Below are positions 27,078 to 38,171 of a stretch of DNA of 64,000 nt, in pieces (the first letter of the stretch is position 1; every line of letters begins with the position of its first letter). Location: IMG/VR virus record IMGVR_UViG_3300036715_003906, positions 186,001 through 250,000 of that record. One strand, given 5' to 3'. The translations under genes were made by a program, and so were the position numbers. The notes under the pieces are model-generated. The model was not told the DNA's origin. It did no database searches and saw nothing but the letters and a program-made list of their open reading frames with translations.

Positions 27078-29544
27078 GGTCGAAGCCCTCCCGCTGGGCC
27101 GCTTCCTCGCGGGCGACCCGGAGGGCGTAGGCCACGCGGGAGGAGGCGATCTGGTGGTAGACGGGGTCACGCTCGATCCCGACGAAGGAGAAGCCCTCCT
27201 CCGTTGCCGCGACCAGGGTGGATCCCGAGCCCGAGAAGGGGTCGAGAACCGTGCCCCCGGGGGGCGTGATGAGCCGGCAGAAGTACCGCATGAGCTTCAC
27301 GGGCTTCGTGGTGGGGTGGTGGTTCTTGCTCTTGCTCCCCTGCGTCTCCTCCCACTCGGGCTCGGGGCAGGTGCAGTGCGGCTGCCCGAACTTGACGTGG
27401 CCGCAGAGCTGACACCGACGGTTGCTCTGGGTCGAGACCGTCTGCTCCACCAGCGTGTGCTGGGCCCTCGCCTCGACGTCCTCCTCGAACCCCTGGTTGC
27501 GCTCCCGGGTCGTGATCTTGCCGCAGTAGAAGAAGGGGACGTCCACCTCGGGCTCGAAGGTCTGGAAAAAGCGGGAGGCGCCGCCCCCATCACCGTAATC
27601 GACACCTGCGTACCCGGGAACGCCGGGGAAGTCCCCCTTGAAGCTACGCTGGGGCTGCGTGCGAGCCAGGGCCCGCGGACCCCCACTGCTCTTTTCCACA
27701 CCGCTCTGCTCGTCGAGGGCGCGGACGGGGCACCCCTCCTCGCACTCGTAGACGTCCACCTGCTCGTACGGCTTCCGCTCGGACGTGTAGGGCTTCCCCT
27801 CCCCGCCGTAGTCGTACCGGAGCTTCCCCTCGTACCGGTTCATGAGGGGCACGGGCGCCACCCGCTCCCCGACCTTCCGGCACGTCGGGCTGTGGGATAG
27901 GACCAGGTGCGCCGGCCAGCGACCCGACGTGGACGTAGGCTGCGCCTGTGCGGGATTCTCGGACCCCTCGCGGTAAGGGGACCAGAGCTTGCCCGACCCG
28001 CCGACCGGGGGCTCCGTCGTGCTGACCCGGCAGGCGTCGATGTGGAGGGCGCCCGTGCCGTGCTCCTTGACGTTCGCCGCCACGGTCCCCCGGAGCGGCT
28101 TTCGGATGAGCCACCAGTCCTCGACCGCCGGCTTGAGGGATGTCCCCCACCCCTCCCACTCCCCGGCCCGCTCGGGCGCCTTCCCCTTCGTGAGCGCCTT
28201 CGCCACGTTCAGGGACTTGGGAAAGCCGCTGTTCCCCGTGATGAAAACCTTGCCCTTGCGACGGGCCACGAAGGCCCCCTTGGGGACGCGGAGGCACCAG
28301 ACGTCCCCGGCATAGAACTCGGGCGGAGAACGGAGGTTGAAGGTCGACAGCGTGGTGTCAGCGTGCCGCGTGACCCCCACGTAACCCCCCTCGCGCGCCG
28401 CCCGGGCTGTGTTGTGCCCGCGCCACCCCACCAGGGAGAGGAGCGTCGTGAACCACTCCCGATCCTCGGGGGACTTCTGCTCCAGGGACATGCTGCCGCC
28501 CCCCCGCTTCAGCGAGGGCTTCGACGTGGTGCCATCTCCCCGGACCGCGGCCCGGAGGAAGGCACGTTTCTCCCCGAGGGTCATGCCCCAGAGCAGCTCA
28601 TAGGTCGGGTGCTTGTCCGGGAGATCCCGACGAATACGCTCCGCCATGTCTCCCGTGAAGGACCAGGTGATCATCTGGTAAGGACGCGGCCCTTCGTGCC
28701 GGGACTCGTAGGTCCGATCGTAGGCGTACCGGCTGTGCTTGCCCCCCGCGTCCCCAAGGAGTGCGTCAATCTCGGCCACCTTGTCCGGGTTGACCGAGGA
28801 CTGGTAGATGCGAACGCCGCGCCCCTTGCGGTCGTACCCACCCTCCGTCCAGACCCACCCGAGCAGAGAAGCGTACTCCTCACCTCCGATCCCAGGGCCC
28901 TCGTGAAGCCCCGCGAGCGGGAGGCGTTTCGGGGACGAACGGGATACCTCGGAGACCTCTGCCACGCGGTACGCGCTCCACCGCTTCCAGAGGGAGGTCC
29001 TGTGCCAGACCCGATGGTTGGGCGTCAGGAGCTGATCGGTGTCGGCGTTGCGCAGGACCACGAGATCACCCTCCCAGGGCGCGCGGAAGGTCTCCTCGAC
29101 AGCCGCGAGAGTGATCGCTTCGGTCCCGGGGTCCCACTGGGCCACCCTGTCCCCCACTCGCACATCCAAACCCTTGATCCACCCCGCAGGGGTCAGCACC
29201 TCGACGTCATCCGTCAGGCACCCGAAGACGTGGCCGATCCGGTCGCGGATCTCGAAGCCCGCGTTCTCCAGGGCGAGAGCCGTCCAGTGCGAGGTCCGAG
29301 GCAGGGCCCAGAACAGGCCATGGGCGCCGGGCTTCAGGATGCGGAAGCACTCCCGGGCGACCTCCTCGAGGAAGGCCACGAACCCCTCCCGGGCCGAGCA
29401 AGAACTGTCCCCGAAGGAGTCCCACTCCTGACCCATGAAGGAGATACCGGCTGGCTATGGGGGATCCGTGACGATGGAGTCCACCGAACCCGTCGGGAGG
29501 CGACGCAGAACGTCGAGGCAATCCCCAAGGATAACCTTGTTCAT
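27049..29544 (-). CDS. N4/N6 DNA methyltransferase with intein; in-frame TAG in motif IV
   Basis: GDCLDVL..L...SVDSIVTDPP*PAGISFMG; HPTTKP..LM; VLDPFSGSGST. Confidence 0.85.
28231..29220 (-). mobile_element. Intein (330 aa) with LAGLIDADG endonuclease
   Basis: CLTDDVEVLT..GW start; LLGWVWTEG and FLRAAVRGDG; VWCLRVP...ITGN/S end. Confidence 0.92.
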
Positions 29545-29591
29545 GTAGGCTTCGATTTGAACGTCGCTCATAGCTGCGGTATAAACCTGGT

Positions 29592-30305
29592 GTGGAAAGA
29601 AGTTGCGATGCGTGCGGGGCCACCTACGTGGCGCACCCCTACCTTATACACCAAGGCCAGGGGTTGACGTGCGGTCGATCGTGCCCCGCCCGCACGAAAA
29701 CACGGCTTGTGTGCGGCGTCTGCGCCACCCCATTCACCCGGAGTCCTTCCCAGCAAAAGTCTCAACACGGTCACGTCTTCTGTTCCAGGGCGTGCCACTA
29801 CAAGGGGCGGAGCCTGGGACTGGTCAAGAGGGTGGTCAAGGCGCCCTATAGCTACACCGCGGAGTCCAAGGCGAGGCTTGTCGCGGCCTCCTCGCGGCCA
29901 AAGGGGCAGCGTGTCTTTCATCCCCTCGTCTGCACCCACTGCCAGCAACCTTTTGACGACCCCAACGACGGGCGGAAACGAAAGAGCGGGCTGCCCTTCT
30001 GCTCCCTCTCGTGCTGCAATCTCTACCGCCGAGGGGAGAACAATCCCTCCTGGCGTGGTGGGCACCCCGACTCCTACGGTCCCACCTGGAGAGCGATCCG
30101 CCGGGATGTACGAAAGCGCGACAAGCGTACCTGTCGCAGGTGCCAGAAGGACATGAGCAAGGGGCGGGCTCCCGACGTTCACCACATCAAAGCCATCGGG
30201 TCTTTCGCGACCACGGAAGAGGCTAACCACCTGGGGAACCTCGTGTGTCTCTGCCACTCCTGCCACATGTACGTCGAGTGGCACGGGATGGACTTCACGC
30301 CCTAA
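29592..30305 (+). CDS. HNH endonuclease with Zn-finger repeats
   Basis: Repeated CxxC/FCSxxC; NPSWRGG; DVHHI...N...NLVCLCHSCH. Confidence 0.88.
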   Translation: MERSCDACGATYVAHPYLIHQGQGLTCGRSCPARTKTRLVCGVCATPFTRSPSQQKSQHGHVFCSRACHYKGRSLGLVKRVVKAPYSYTAESKARLVAASSRPKGQRVFHPLVCTHCQQPFDDPNDGRKRKSGLPFCSLSCCNLYRRGENNPSWRGGHPDSYGPTWRAIRRDVRKRDKRTCRRCQKDMSKGRAPDVHHIKAIGSFATTEEANHLGNLVCLCHSCHMYVEWHGMDFTP

Positions 30306-30351
30306 CGTACCTTTCAAACGACCCTCGTTGATGACCCCGCTCCCTGGCACC

Positions 30352-30460
30352 TGGGTACGGACTACGACCGGAAAAGGTGGGCCGGAGGAGTTCACGCCAT
30401 GTACGCCTATGGCCCCTTCCTTAGTACCCGGTTGCGTAACAAGAAACGAGAGGACCTCTC
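30352..30460 (+). pseudogene. Diverged duplicate of the 3' end of the 25946-26533 peptidase
   Basis: DYDRKRWAGGVHAMYAYGPFLSTRLRNKK vs DYDRKRWAGGTYAMLAHGPWLISRLKMKK. Confidence 0.75.
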
Positions 30461-30561
30461 CCCGGGGGAGCGTGTCACGAAGGGCAGGGGGCGGAGAAGG
30501 GGAACGGGTCATGGGCGGGAGGATACACCACGGCGGGCGTCCTTGTGTCGCAGACGGGGGC

Positions 30562-30789
30562 ATGGACGACGCACGCAGGCCGACGGAGACGGAGGTGATG
30601 AGCCTCCTGGAGCAGATGATCGTGGCGGTCGAGGAGGCCCAGAATGTCATCCAGGACGACAGCCGCATCACGGGCCCGAAGGACCGGGCTGAGATCCAGG
30701 ACCAGATGCGCCACGTCCGGGCCCTCTCCCTCGACGTCGACCGCCTGGTCGCCGAACGGGCCCCGGGGTGGGGACGTACAGGCCCCTGA
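30562..30789 (+). CDS. Hypothetical protein
   Basis: MDDARRPTETEV..., GC3 bias. Confidence 0.55.
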   Translation: MDDARRPTETEVMSLLEQMIVAVEEAQNVIQDDSRITGPKDRAEIQDQMRHVRALSLDVDRLVAERAPGWGRTGP

Positions 30790-30810
30790 CGGGCGGTGTA
30801 GGGGCGGGAC

Positions 30811-31300
30811 ATGCCCCCCATCTCCCCCGAAGCCGAACGTCTCGTCCGGGCCCTCCACACCCCCCTCTGGACGTGGGACCCCTGCCCCTTCGCGGACGAG
30901 GTAGGCGAGGTCTTCGATACCTACTTCCGCCACCTCCACTTCCGGGGGCACGGCGTCACCTTCGCCGGGTCGCGGCACTTCATCGCCGACATCTACCTCC
31001 ACCTCCCCTCGGGGCCGCGGAAGTTCGCCCACGTCTACAGCCCCCACTCGGGGGGGGCTCGTGATCTTCGGACCCCACTGGGCGTACCTGCACGGGACCT
31101 TCCTCCCCTGGATCACGAAGGCCGTCGCGGACAGGGACCGGGAAGAGAAGGAGAAGCGGGACCTGACCATGCGCGAGCAGGGGGCCGCCCTGAAGGACGA
31201 GCTGGAAGCATGGGCCGTGCCCCGCGGGATGAGGAAGCCCCCGCCCGCGCCCCCGGAGACCCTGACCGATACCTGGTCGGACCTCCGCGGGGTCGGATGA
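30811..31300 (+). CDS. Hypothetical protein, frameshifted at G8 run ~31050; paralog of 31311-31814
   Basis: FRHLHFRGHGVTF and GPHWAY...FLP match the paralog. Confidence 0.6.
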
Positions 31301-31310
31301 GAGGCGACGG

Positions 31311-31814
31311 TAACCGAGGGCGCAGGTCCTCCCAGCACTCCTCGATCGGAGGTTCAGGCTCGGGGCTATCGGGCGCGGGGAAGGGCCCCCGGGCCTGAGC
31401 CCAGGACAGGAGAGCCTTCTCCCGGGCCCGCTTCGCCGCCTTCACCGCCCGAGCGCGATCGGACGCCCGCTCGGCCTGCTCGGCCCGGCGGAGGTCGAGG
31501 AGGAGGGGGAGGAAGACGGTCTCGATGTAGGCCCAGTGTGGGCCGTCGGTCCACGTCCCATCCCCGCGGTTCGTCCACTCGTGGTTGCACACCTCCTGCG
31601 GCTCCCCCTCGGGGGGGACGAGCCAGACGCGCCAGACGCCGTCGTCCTTGTGCTCGCCGTGCCCGTCGACCTCGAAGATCAGGCCGTGGTCGGTGAAGTG
31701 GACCCGGCGAAATGTGCCCCCTCCGGGATAGCACTCGCCGGGGGTGTTTGGGGGAAAGGCGACGACCGGGTAGAGACGCCTCAGCAGGGCGAGGATGTGC
31801 TTCGGGATGGACAC
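31311..31814 (-). CDS. Hypothetical protein (end drawn at in-frame TTA)
   Basis: AAGGAG RBS; GPHWAY..FLP; WEDLR aligns with the paralog C-terminus WSDLR. Confidence 0.6.
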
Positions 31815-31943
31815 GGGGGCGCTCCTTGGATGAGGGGAACGCCTCCGGCGAGCTAGCTCCCTTTCGGGGACGTGTCCCCCGACAGAGCGGGGGCCTCAAG
31901 CCTGCAAGGCCCCGGGACCCTAGCACGGGCCCGCGGGGGAAGG

Positions 31944-32804
31944 CTACTGGGCCAGGGCGGGCCCGTCGCCGAGATCCTCTGCCAGCTCCCGGAGCAGCGG
32001 GGCGACCTTCTTCCGCAGCCAGTTGAGCCAGTTGACGTAGCCGTTGCGCGTCTGACCCTCGGGGTAGCCCGGCAGGGTGCGGAGGACCTCCTGGATGCCC
32101 TGGCCGGGGTTGGAGCTGTCGAGGAGCTGGTCGAAGAACTCCGGCATCGACGGGTGGATGCGGGCCAGGGCCGGCTTGACCTTCCGTTCCCACGTCGCGG
32201 GGCTAAAGAGCCGCTCGACCAGCCGGTAGTCGCCCGGGTCGTCGTACCAGTAGGGGTTGCGATCGAAGGTCTTGTCGACGAGGGCCATGTTCTTGCTCTC
32301 GTCCGCCTCCTCCCCGTCCGCGCCCTCGCTCGGGGCATCGATCTTCTGGTTGCGCCGGTTGCGCTGGAGGGTGTCCGCCATCCACCCGACCTGCGTCACG
32401 AAGAAGGACAGGGCCGACTTCAGGGGCGTCGCCTTGATCTTCGTCCCGCCCTCCATGACCTTCAGCAAGGCGTCCTGCACCACGTCCTCGGCGTCCTGGG
32501 GGTTGCCCGTCTTCTTGAGCGCCACCTGGTAGGCCAGGAGCGCCTCCCGCTTCAGGTAGCCGTGCGGCAGGCTGGCCGGGTTGGGCCTCTCCGGGTTCCA
32601 CCGCGGCCCCGGCTCGGGCATCCCCGTGACGCCGGCCATGAGGAAGAAGGTCCCGAGCTGCCGTCCCCAGGCGTCAGCCACAGCGGCGTCCGCCAGGCGA
32701 AGGAAGACGGTGGCGAGACGATACCCCCACGGCAGGGCGGAGCCGAGCCGGGAGGTGAGGCGAGAGGCTCGCCCCGCGAGCGCTGCTTGACGAGGGTCCA
32801 TCAC
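31944..32804 (-). CDS. Sigma70/ECF-like sigma factor
   Basis: Region-2-like AYQVALKKTGNPQDAEDVVQDALLKV...DTLQRNRR. Confidence 0.65.
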   Translation of the reverse strand: MMDPRQAALAGRASRLTSRLGSALPWGYRLATVFLRLADAAVADAWGRQLGTFFLMAGVTGMPEPGPRWNPERPNPASLPHGYLKREALLAYQVALKKTGNPQDAEDVVQDALLKVMEGGTKIKATPLKSALSFFVTQVGWMADTLQRNRRNQKIDAPSEGADGEEADESKNMALVDKTFDRNPYWYDDPGDYRLVERLFSPATWERKVKPALARIHPSMPEFFDQLLDSSNPGQGIQEVLRTLPGYPEGQTRNGYVNWLNWLRKKVAPLLRELAEDLGDGPALAQ

Positions 32805-32827
32805 CCTCCCCCCTGGCCATAAAGACT

Positions 32828-33679
32828 CTACCCGCGGAGCGTGACCCGGAGGCGACCCGAGACCTTCACGTCGAGCTTCTCCAGGGCCTCCATCCCCGTG
32901 TACCCCTGGCCCACGAGGTCGAGGAAGCTCTCCCCCTTGGCCGTCTGCGCCGTGCCCGCCCGCGTCGTGATCCTCTTGAGGTCCACCCGCGCCTCGATGT
33001 CGTCCTCCCCCCAGTGAACCCTCTCCAGATTGTACTCCACCTCGCCCCCCTCCGACCGCTGTCGAAGCTCGGGGAACCGGTCCGCCACCCGCTCCTTATG
33101 ACGCCGCGAGGACGTCCTACAGTAGTTCGCCCAGTGATTGTGGATCGCGGTCTTCAAGTAGCCCCGCCACTGCGCCGCCGAGATCGCCGGACCCGGGCCG
33201 AAGGCCGGGGTGAAGTGAAGGCGCCGAAACCCCTTCTCCTCCGCCAGCCGCTCCACGTCGAGGGTGAGATACCGCGTCCCCCTCCCCGCGTAGCCCTCAT
33301 GGCCCCCCTTGAGCTTCCCCTCCCCGTCCACCGGCTCCGGGGCCCACTTCGCCTTCCAGGGCTTCTCCATCCCTGCCTTCTTCACCCCGAAGCGGAAGGC
33401 GTACTGCCGAGACCGCCACTGAGCGAACTTGATCCCCAGACGCTGACACGCCTCCTCCGCCGTCATCGTGAGCGGAGCCCGTGAGGCCACCATCCTCTGA
33501 AACTTCCCGAGGACGTCCGACTCGATGATCTTCAGGCTGATGTGCTGGAACACATCCTCATACGTCCCCGCACCCCCCTGATTGATCCGAAGGATCGTGC
33601 TGCGGATGAAGGCCGCCTCCGTCCGAAACAGATCCTCGTAGGATGACGGAATGTGCTGAGCACTCATGCTGCCTTTCAT
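32828..33679 (-). CDS. Divergent sigma-like protein with HTH insertion
   Basis: YEDVFQHISLKII and GYLKTAIHNHWANYCR region-2-like halves; leaderless TTGATT-type promoter. Confidence 0.5.
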   Translation of the reverse strand: MKGSMSAQHIPSSYEDLFRTEAAFIRSTILRINQGGAGTYEDVFQHISLKIIESDVLGKFQRMVASRAPLTMTAEEACQRLGIKFAQWRSRQYAFRFGVKKAGMEKPWKAKWAPEPVDGEGKLKGGHEGYAGRGTRYLTLDVERLAEEKGFRRLHFTPAFGPGPAISAAQWRGYLKTAIHNHWANYCRTSSRRHKERVADRFPELRQRSEGGEVEYNLERVHWGEDDIEARVDLKRITTRAGTAQTAKGESFLDLVGQGYTGMEALEKLDVKVSGRLRVTLRG

Positions 33680-33862
33680 GCCCTCTACTACGCCCGAGGA
33701 CCCCGGGAATCAAAGAGCGATCCGAAGATTTCGGACCGCCTCGCCCCCTTCTACCCCCACCACCTTTGGTGTCAACTGGGTAGCAACAAATACGGAGGTC
33801 CTAAGAGGTACGCTCCCGTCCCCTTCACGCGCAAGGAGACCTTCCCTTCCCTCCCCAGAGGA

Positions 33863-34100
33863 AGGGAGCCCCTCCCTGATCCCTCCCAAGGGAGCCCAGA
33901 GGAAGGGAGGGAAGGTCTCCCTTCCTCTGGGGCGGAGGGGGTCCCCTCCTCTCCCCGGAGGAAGAGGGGCTGTGTACCATCCCCCCCCCCTGATCCTCCC
34001 CGGGCCCCTCTCTGACGAGGAGGATCGATCCGGGGAGCCATGGGGGGCCTACAGGGGAGCCCCTCCCTGATCCCTCCCAAGGGAGCCCAGAGGAAGGGGG
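33863..34100. repeat. ~42-bp direct repeat (two copies, ~33863 and ~34055)
   Basis: GGGAGCCCCTCCCTGATCCCTCCCAAGGGAGCCCAGAGGAAGGG twice. Confidence 0.85.
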
Positions 34101-34851
34101 AGCCCTTCGTCACACTACGGTCGCGATCGGTTTTTTTCTAGTTCGGCCTCATGGGGTCCTTCTCTTCCTTGGGTGGGAGCCGTGGGGGGAGTGGGAGCTT
34201 CGCTCTCTCTTCCTCTGGTCTCTCTTGCCGTGGTGGGGTTGGTGGGGTTGGTGGGGTTGGTGGTCTCTCTTGGTTCTCTTGGGGTGTTGGTCTTTATCCT
34301 TGGGGTGTTGGTGTTGGTTCCTTCTCTCGGGGGGAGATGGGTGGTGGTTGTGGTTTCGGGGTTTGGGTTGGGAGTGGGTTCCAGGTTCGGATCACCTGAT
34401 CAAGAAGAGAGAGAGAGAGAGCCAGAGAGGCTCTCTCCTAGTTCTTCTTGATCCAGATCAGATCGACGAGATGGCTCGATCGGATCACGGAGTGACCAAC
34501 AGCATTAGGAAGAGGTGAGAGGAGGCCAAAGCTCTCCCCCTTCCCCCGACTCCCCCTGAACCACGATCGCGACATCCGCGTCGTGAAGGGAGCACGGCAT
34601 GAGAGGCATCCTCCGAGAAGATCTCGAAAGGGGTCCGCCTCTCCCTGGACGATCGATTTTTCGCCCTCACCAATGCGTCGGATGGAACGCAGAGAGGGAC
34701 TGCCCCCCACCGGGAAGGTGGGGGTAGGGAACCTACTAACCTTTGCGCCTGGACCGGGCACAGTGAGCGGGAATACCCCACCTGGGGCAAGGGGCAAGAA
34801 GAAAGAGACCCCCCCTGCCTCAAATCTTTCACTCATGGCCTCGGGGGGGCT

Positions 34852-35163
34852 GTGGAACGAACGACGATCCTCACGGTGGCGGAGGTGGCGGAAGCCACGG
34901 TAAAAATGACCCTCCCTGCTCCTCTGCGGGTGGGGGATCGGCTCACCCTTCGCTTCCGGTTGCGGCGGCAGCACCAGGGGAGAACGGAGGCGCTGGACAT
35001 CCTCGGGGTCTACCGGGTGGTGTCCTCGGCCGTGGGGACCCAGCACCACGCGGTGGAGGTTGAGTCCACGGGGCTCGTTCCTCGCTGGAAGGCCGTGAAG
35101 AAGGAACGCCCCTTCCAGCGCATCCTCGGCCCCACTCACCTCAAGGGAACGGTGGGCGGATGA
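34852..35163 (+). CDS. Hypothetical protein
   Basis: Coding-like; stop overlaps next ATG. Confidence 0.55.
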   Translation: MERTTILTVAEVAEATVKMTLPAPLRVGDRLTLRFRLRRQHQGRTEALDILGVYRVVSSAVGTQHHAVEVESTGLVPRWKAVKKERPFQRILGPTHLKGTVGG

Positions 35164-35468
35164 GCCCCCTGCTCCCCACCGAAGAACACCTCGCCACCCT
35201 GCCTCGGGCGATCTGGATGCAGGACGGGGTGAACCTCGTGATCTACCGCGGCTCCCCCGAGGACATCGTCCGGGGCCTCCTCCGCCAGAAGGGCGTCCCC
35301 GCCCGGGGCCGGCTCCGCCCCGCCCTCGGCGTCCTCAGCGCCCTCCTCGCCCGGGAACGAGGCATCCTCATCGACATGGCCGATCCGGTCCCCGAGGGAG
35401 CCGCCCCCGCCCTCTTCGTTCATGCCCTCCTGGTCACCCGCATGGCCCGCCCCCTCGGGGACGCCTTA
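35160..35468 (+). CDS. Hypothetical protein (end drawn at in-frame TTA after PLGDA)
   Basis: GC3 bias stops at TTA; canonical stop at 35648. Confidence 0.55.
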
Positions 35469-35900
35469 CCCGGAGCCTGGGAGGCCCCTTCCTGGGCCTT
35501 TGGACCCTTCCCCCTTACCCAGGAAGGGGTCGGGGCCTCCGGGGCCTTCCTGGGCCACTCCTCCTCGAGGAAGGCCCGGAGGTCCTCGAGGATGGCGTCG
35601 GCGGCCAGGTCAAGCCGGGCGAAGGGAAAGAGGCGCCGGGCACGGTAGACCTCGTCGGAGAAGTCCGCGACGGTGGGCGGGTTCAGCCCGACCCGCCCCT
35701 GGACCCAGCGGTCGAAGAAGAGGGCGTCACTCCGCCGGTCCTCCCCGAAGACCAGGATGAGGCCCTTGCCGTGAATCCCGTCGCGGCGGACCCGGAGGCC
35801 CACGGCGCGCTCGCGTCCGTTGTAGAAGGGGAAGGTGTCGATCTCGATGTCGTAGCGCGGCTCGTCGTCAAGCCAGGGGGCCCTGGAGGCCAAAGGATGC
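35420..35900 (-). CDS. Hypothetical protein (start uncertain)
   Basis: PFYNGRER...FGEDRRSD coding-like stretch. Confidence 0.5.
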
Positions 35901-35927
35901 GTTACCCCGGCGGTGTAGGCCGGGGAC

Positions 35928-36113
35928 ATGCAAAACCACGATCGGGTCTGGGGTGCGCTCGGGGCGGTCTGCGGGTTCCCGGCGCTCACGACGCCGTTCC
36001 TGCTCAGGGCGGGCCGCCCGCACCTGCCCCTCTGGACGGTCCTCGGGGGCCTCGTGGGCGTCTTCGCTTGCCAGGCGTACGGGAAGCGGGCGGACGCCCG
36101 GGTCCGGGGCTAA
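35928..36113 (+). CDS. Small two-helix membrane protein
   Basis: GGTGTA motif 10 nt before ATG; two hydrophobic segments. Confidence 0.6.
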   Translation: MQNHDRVWGALGAVCGFPALTTPFLLRAGRPHLPLWTVLGGLVGVFACQAYGKRADARVRG

Positions 36114-36692
36114 GAGCAGGCCGCGGGCCTGGCTGATCTTGGTGGCGATGCGCTGGGCGGAGCCACGGCCGGCCGTGGTCTTCACCTGGAAGAGCCCGCG
36201 GACCTCGCAGCGGTCCTGGCCCGCCACGGGGCAGGAGAGGTCGACGCGGATGAGGTGCCCTTCGTTTGCCCCCTTGGCGGCCGTCTCGGTCGCCAAGGGG
36301 CTCGGGCACCAGGTCCGTGCCGCGGACGCCCCACCCCACCCCGGAGCCCTCGATGGGCATCCGGCGGACCCGCTTCTGGAGGTCCGCCACGACGTTCGTC
36401 ACCCTCCGCTGGCCGACCTTGTGGAGCTGGCCCGTGGTGTCGCCCGTCACGGGGTCGACATCGTAGCGCCCGTCGGTCCGCTCGCTATCGCCCTTGACAT
36501 CGTGGTCTCGCCCGCCCGGTGCCGTGGAAGGTCTGGTACGTCACGATCCGGGCGTTGGCCCGGCGGGGCTTGCCCTGGGCATCGGTGCCGAGGACCCCGG
36601 TCTTGGAGATCAACGTCCCCGGGGAGGACTCGGTCCAGGTGAGAGGAGTGTTCGTCCTGTCCCCCCGCTACACCACGGTGTACAGGTCGGCC

Positions 36693-37298
36693 ATGAGCCA
36701 CCCCTCCGCCGACTCCCCCACCCCCGCCCAGCTCGACACCGCCTTCCTCCATCTCTGGACCACCCGCGAGATCCGTAGCTTCGCCCCGCACCCCATCCTC
36801 GATGCCCTCGTGGCCGCGAACCGGGCCGTGGTCGAGGTAGCACCCCCCGCCCTCCGTCCGACCGGTACGACCGAGCGGACGTGGGTCTACCGGCCTCACC
36901 CCTCGGCGGATGTCATGATCGTCCCCTTCCCTGACCCGACGCCCCCGGCCTCCCCGACCCCCGAGGTCGCCGAGGTCCCCTTCGACGTGTACACGCAGGT
37001 CGACCACCGGGTCGGGGTCATCCTCTCGGCCGCCGCCATCCCGAAGAAGAAGAAGCTCCTCGACCTCTCGATCGACCTCGGGGAAGCCACCCCCCGCCGG
37101 ATCATCTCCGGCCTCGCCCTGGCCCGCAAGCCCGAGGAGCTGATCGGTCTCCGCGTCCTGGTCGTCACGAACCTCCCGCCCCGGGACTTCGGCGGGGGCC
37201 TCATCTCGCGCGGGATGATCCTCGCGGCCTCCTACGGGGACGACCTCGCCCTCGTCACCGTCGACCGGCCGGCCCGGGCCGGCACCCGGGCCACCTGA
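36693..37298 (+). CDS. tRNA-binding OB-fold protein (Trbp111/CsaA/MetRS C-terminal type)
   Basis: FDVY..VDHRVGVI, KLL.L.IDLGE..PRRIISGL, VVTNLPPR, SRGMILA; GGTGTA motif 10 nt before ATG. Confidence 0.88.
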   Translation: MSHPSADSPTPAQLDTAFLHLWTTREIRSFAPHPILDALVAANRAVVEVAPPALRPTGTTERTWVYRPHPSADVMIVPFPDPTPPASPTPEVAEVPFDVYTQVDHRVGVILSAAAIPKKKKLLDLSIDLGEATPRRIISGLALARKPEELIGLRVLVVTNLPPRDFGGGLISRGMILAASYGDDLALVTVDRPARAGTRAT

Positions 37299-37808
37299 TG
37301 GCCTCCCCCGCCCCGAAGAAGGCCCCCGACGACATGGCGGCCCTCTGCCTCTCCTGGGCCCTTCGGACGGGCCCTCTGGCGTCGTCCGGGGCCCAGGCTC
37401 TCACCCTGGCGGATACGGACGCGGGCCCGGCCCTGGTGGCGCAGGTCCTCGGGCGCCTCGGGTCCAGCGTGCTCTCGCTTCTCCTCGACACGGACGCCCC
37501 CTTCCCGGAGGCCCTGATCAAGCAGCAGCCCGGGCACGCGGCCTACGTCGAGATCCGGGCGTCCTCCCGGTCCCGGCTGGCCCGCCGGCTCGGGTGGCGC
37601 GGTGGGGACGCCTACCGCGTCTCGGGGGAGTCCCTCGGGTTCCACCTGGCCTTGCACGTCAGGGTCCCCTACGCGGACGCCCTCTGGCTCTGGGGGGCGG
37701 CGCTCTTCTCGGGCACGCCCCCCTCGCTTCACCCCCACCTCACGGTCTCCCGCGCCCCCCTGGGCTACGTGACCCTTCGCCTCCACCTCCACCCCCGGAG
37801 ATCCCCTG

Positions 37809-38171
37809 ATGCCCCCCCTGTCCACCGCGCTCCTGCTCACCGACCTTCCCCCCGGCTGCGAGGACCTCACCCTCCTGCTCTCCTGTGAGGGCGGGATGCG
37901 CGTCGCCCTGGACCTCTTGATCGCCCGGCCCGCGCCCCCCACGGCGGCCGAGGTGCGGATGCTGGTCGACCACTGGTACTCGATGCCGGGGCACGGGGCG
38001 GGGGGCATCCTCCATGTCGCCCTCGACGACGGCAACCTCGACGACGGCAACCTCCGCTGGCTCCGGGACGAGGCGACGGCCGCGGGCAACGTCCTCGGGC
38101 ACCTGCTCGCCACCGTGCTTCTCCGGGTCCCCGAACCGGAGCGAAAGCGCTGCCTGTGGGGTGAGGACTAG
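37809..38171 (+). CDS. Hypothetical protein
   Basis: GGILHVALDDGNLDD; GC3 bias. Confidence 0.6.
   Translation: MPPLSTALLLTDLPPGCEDLTLLLSCEGGMRVALDLLIARPAPPTAAEVRMLVDHWYSMPGHGAGGILHVALDDGNLDDGNLRWLRDEATAAGNVLGHLLATVLLRVPEPERKRCLWGED

Noticed and set aside
34151-34518. Hydrophobic/Trp-rich ORFs in the G/T tract
   Set aside because: All three frames are open because the tract lacks A; low-complexity artefact
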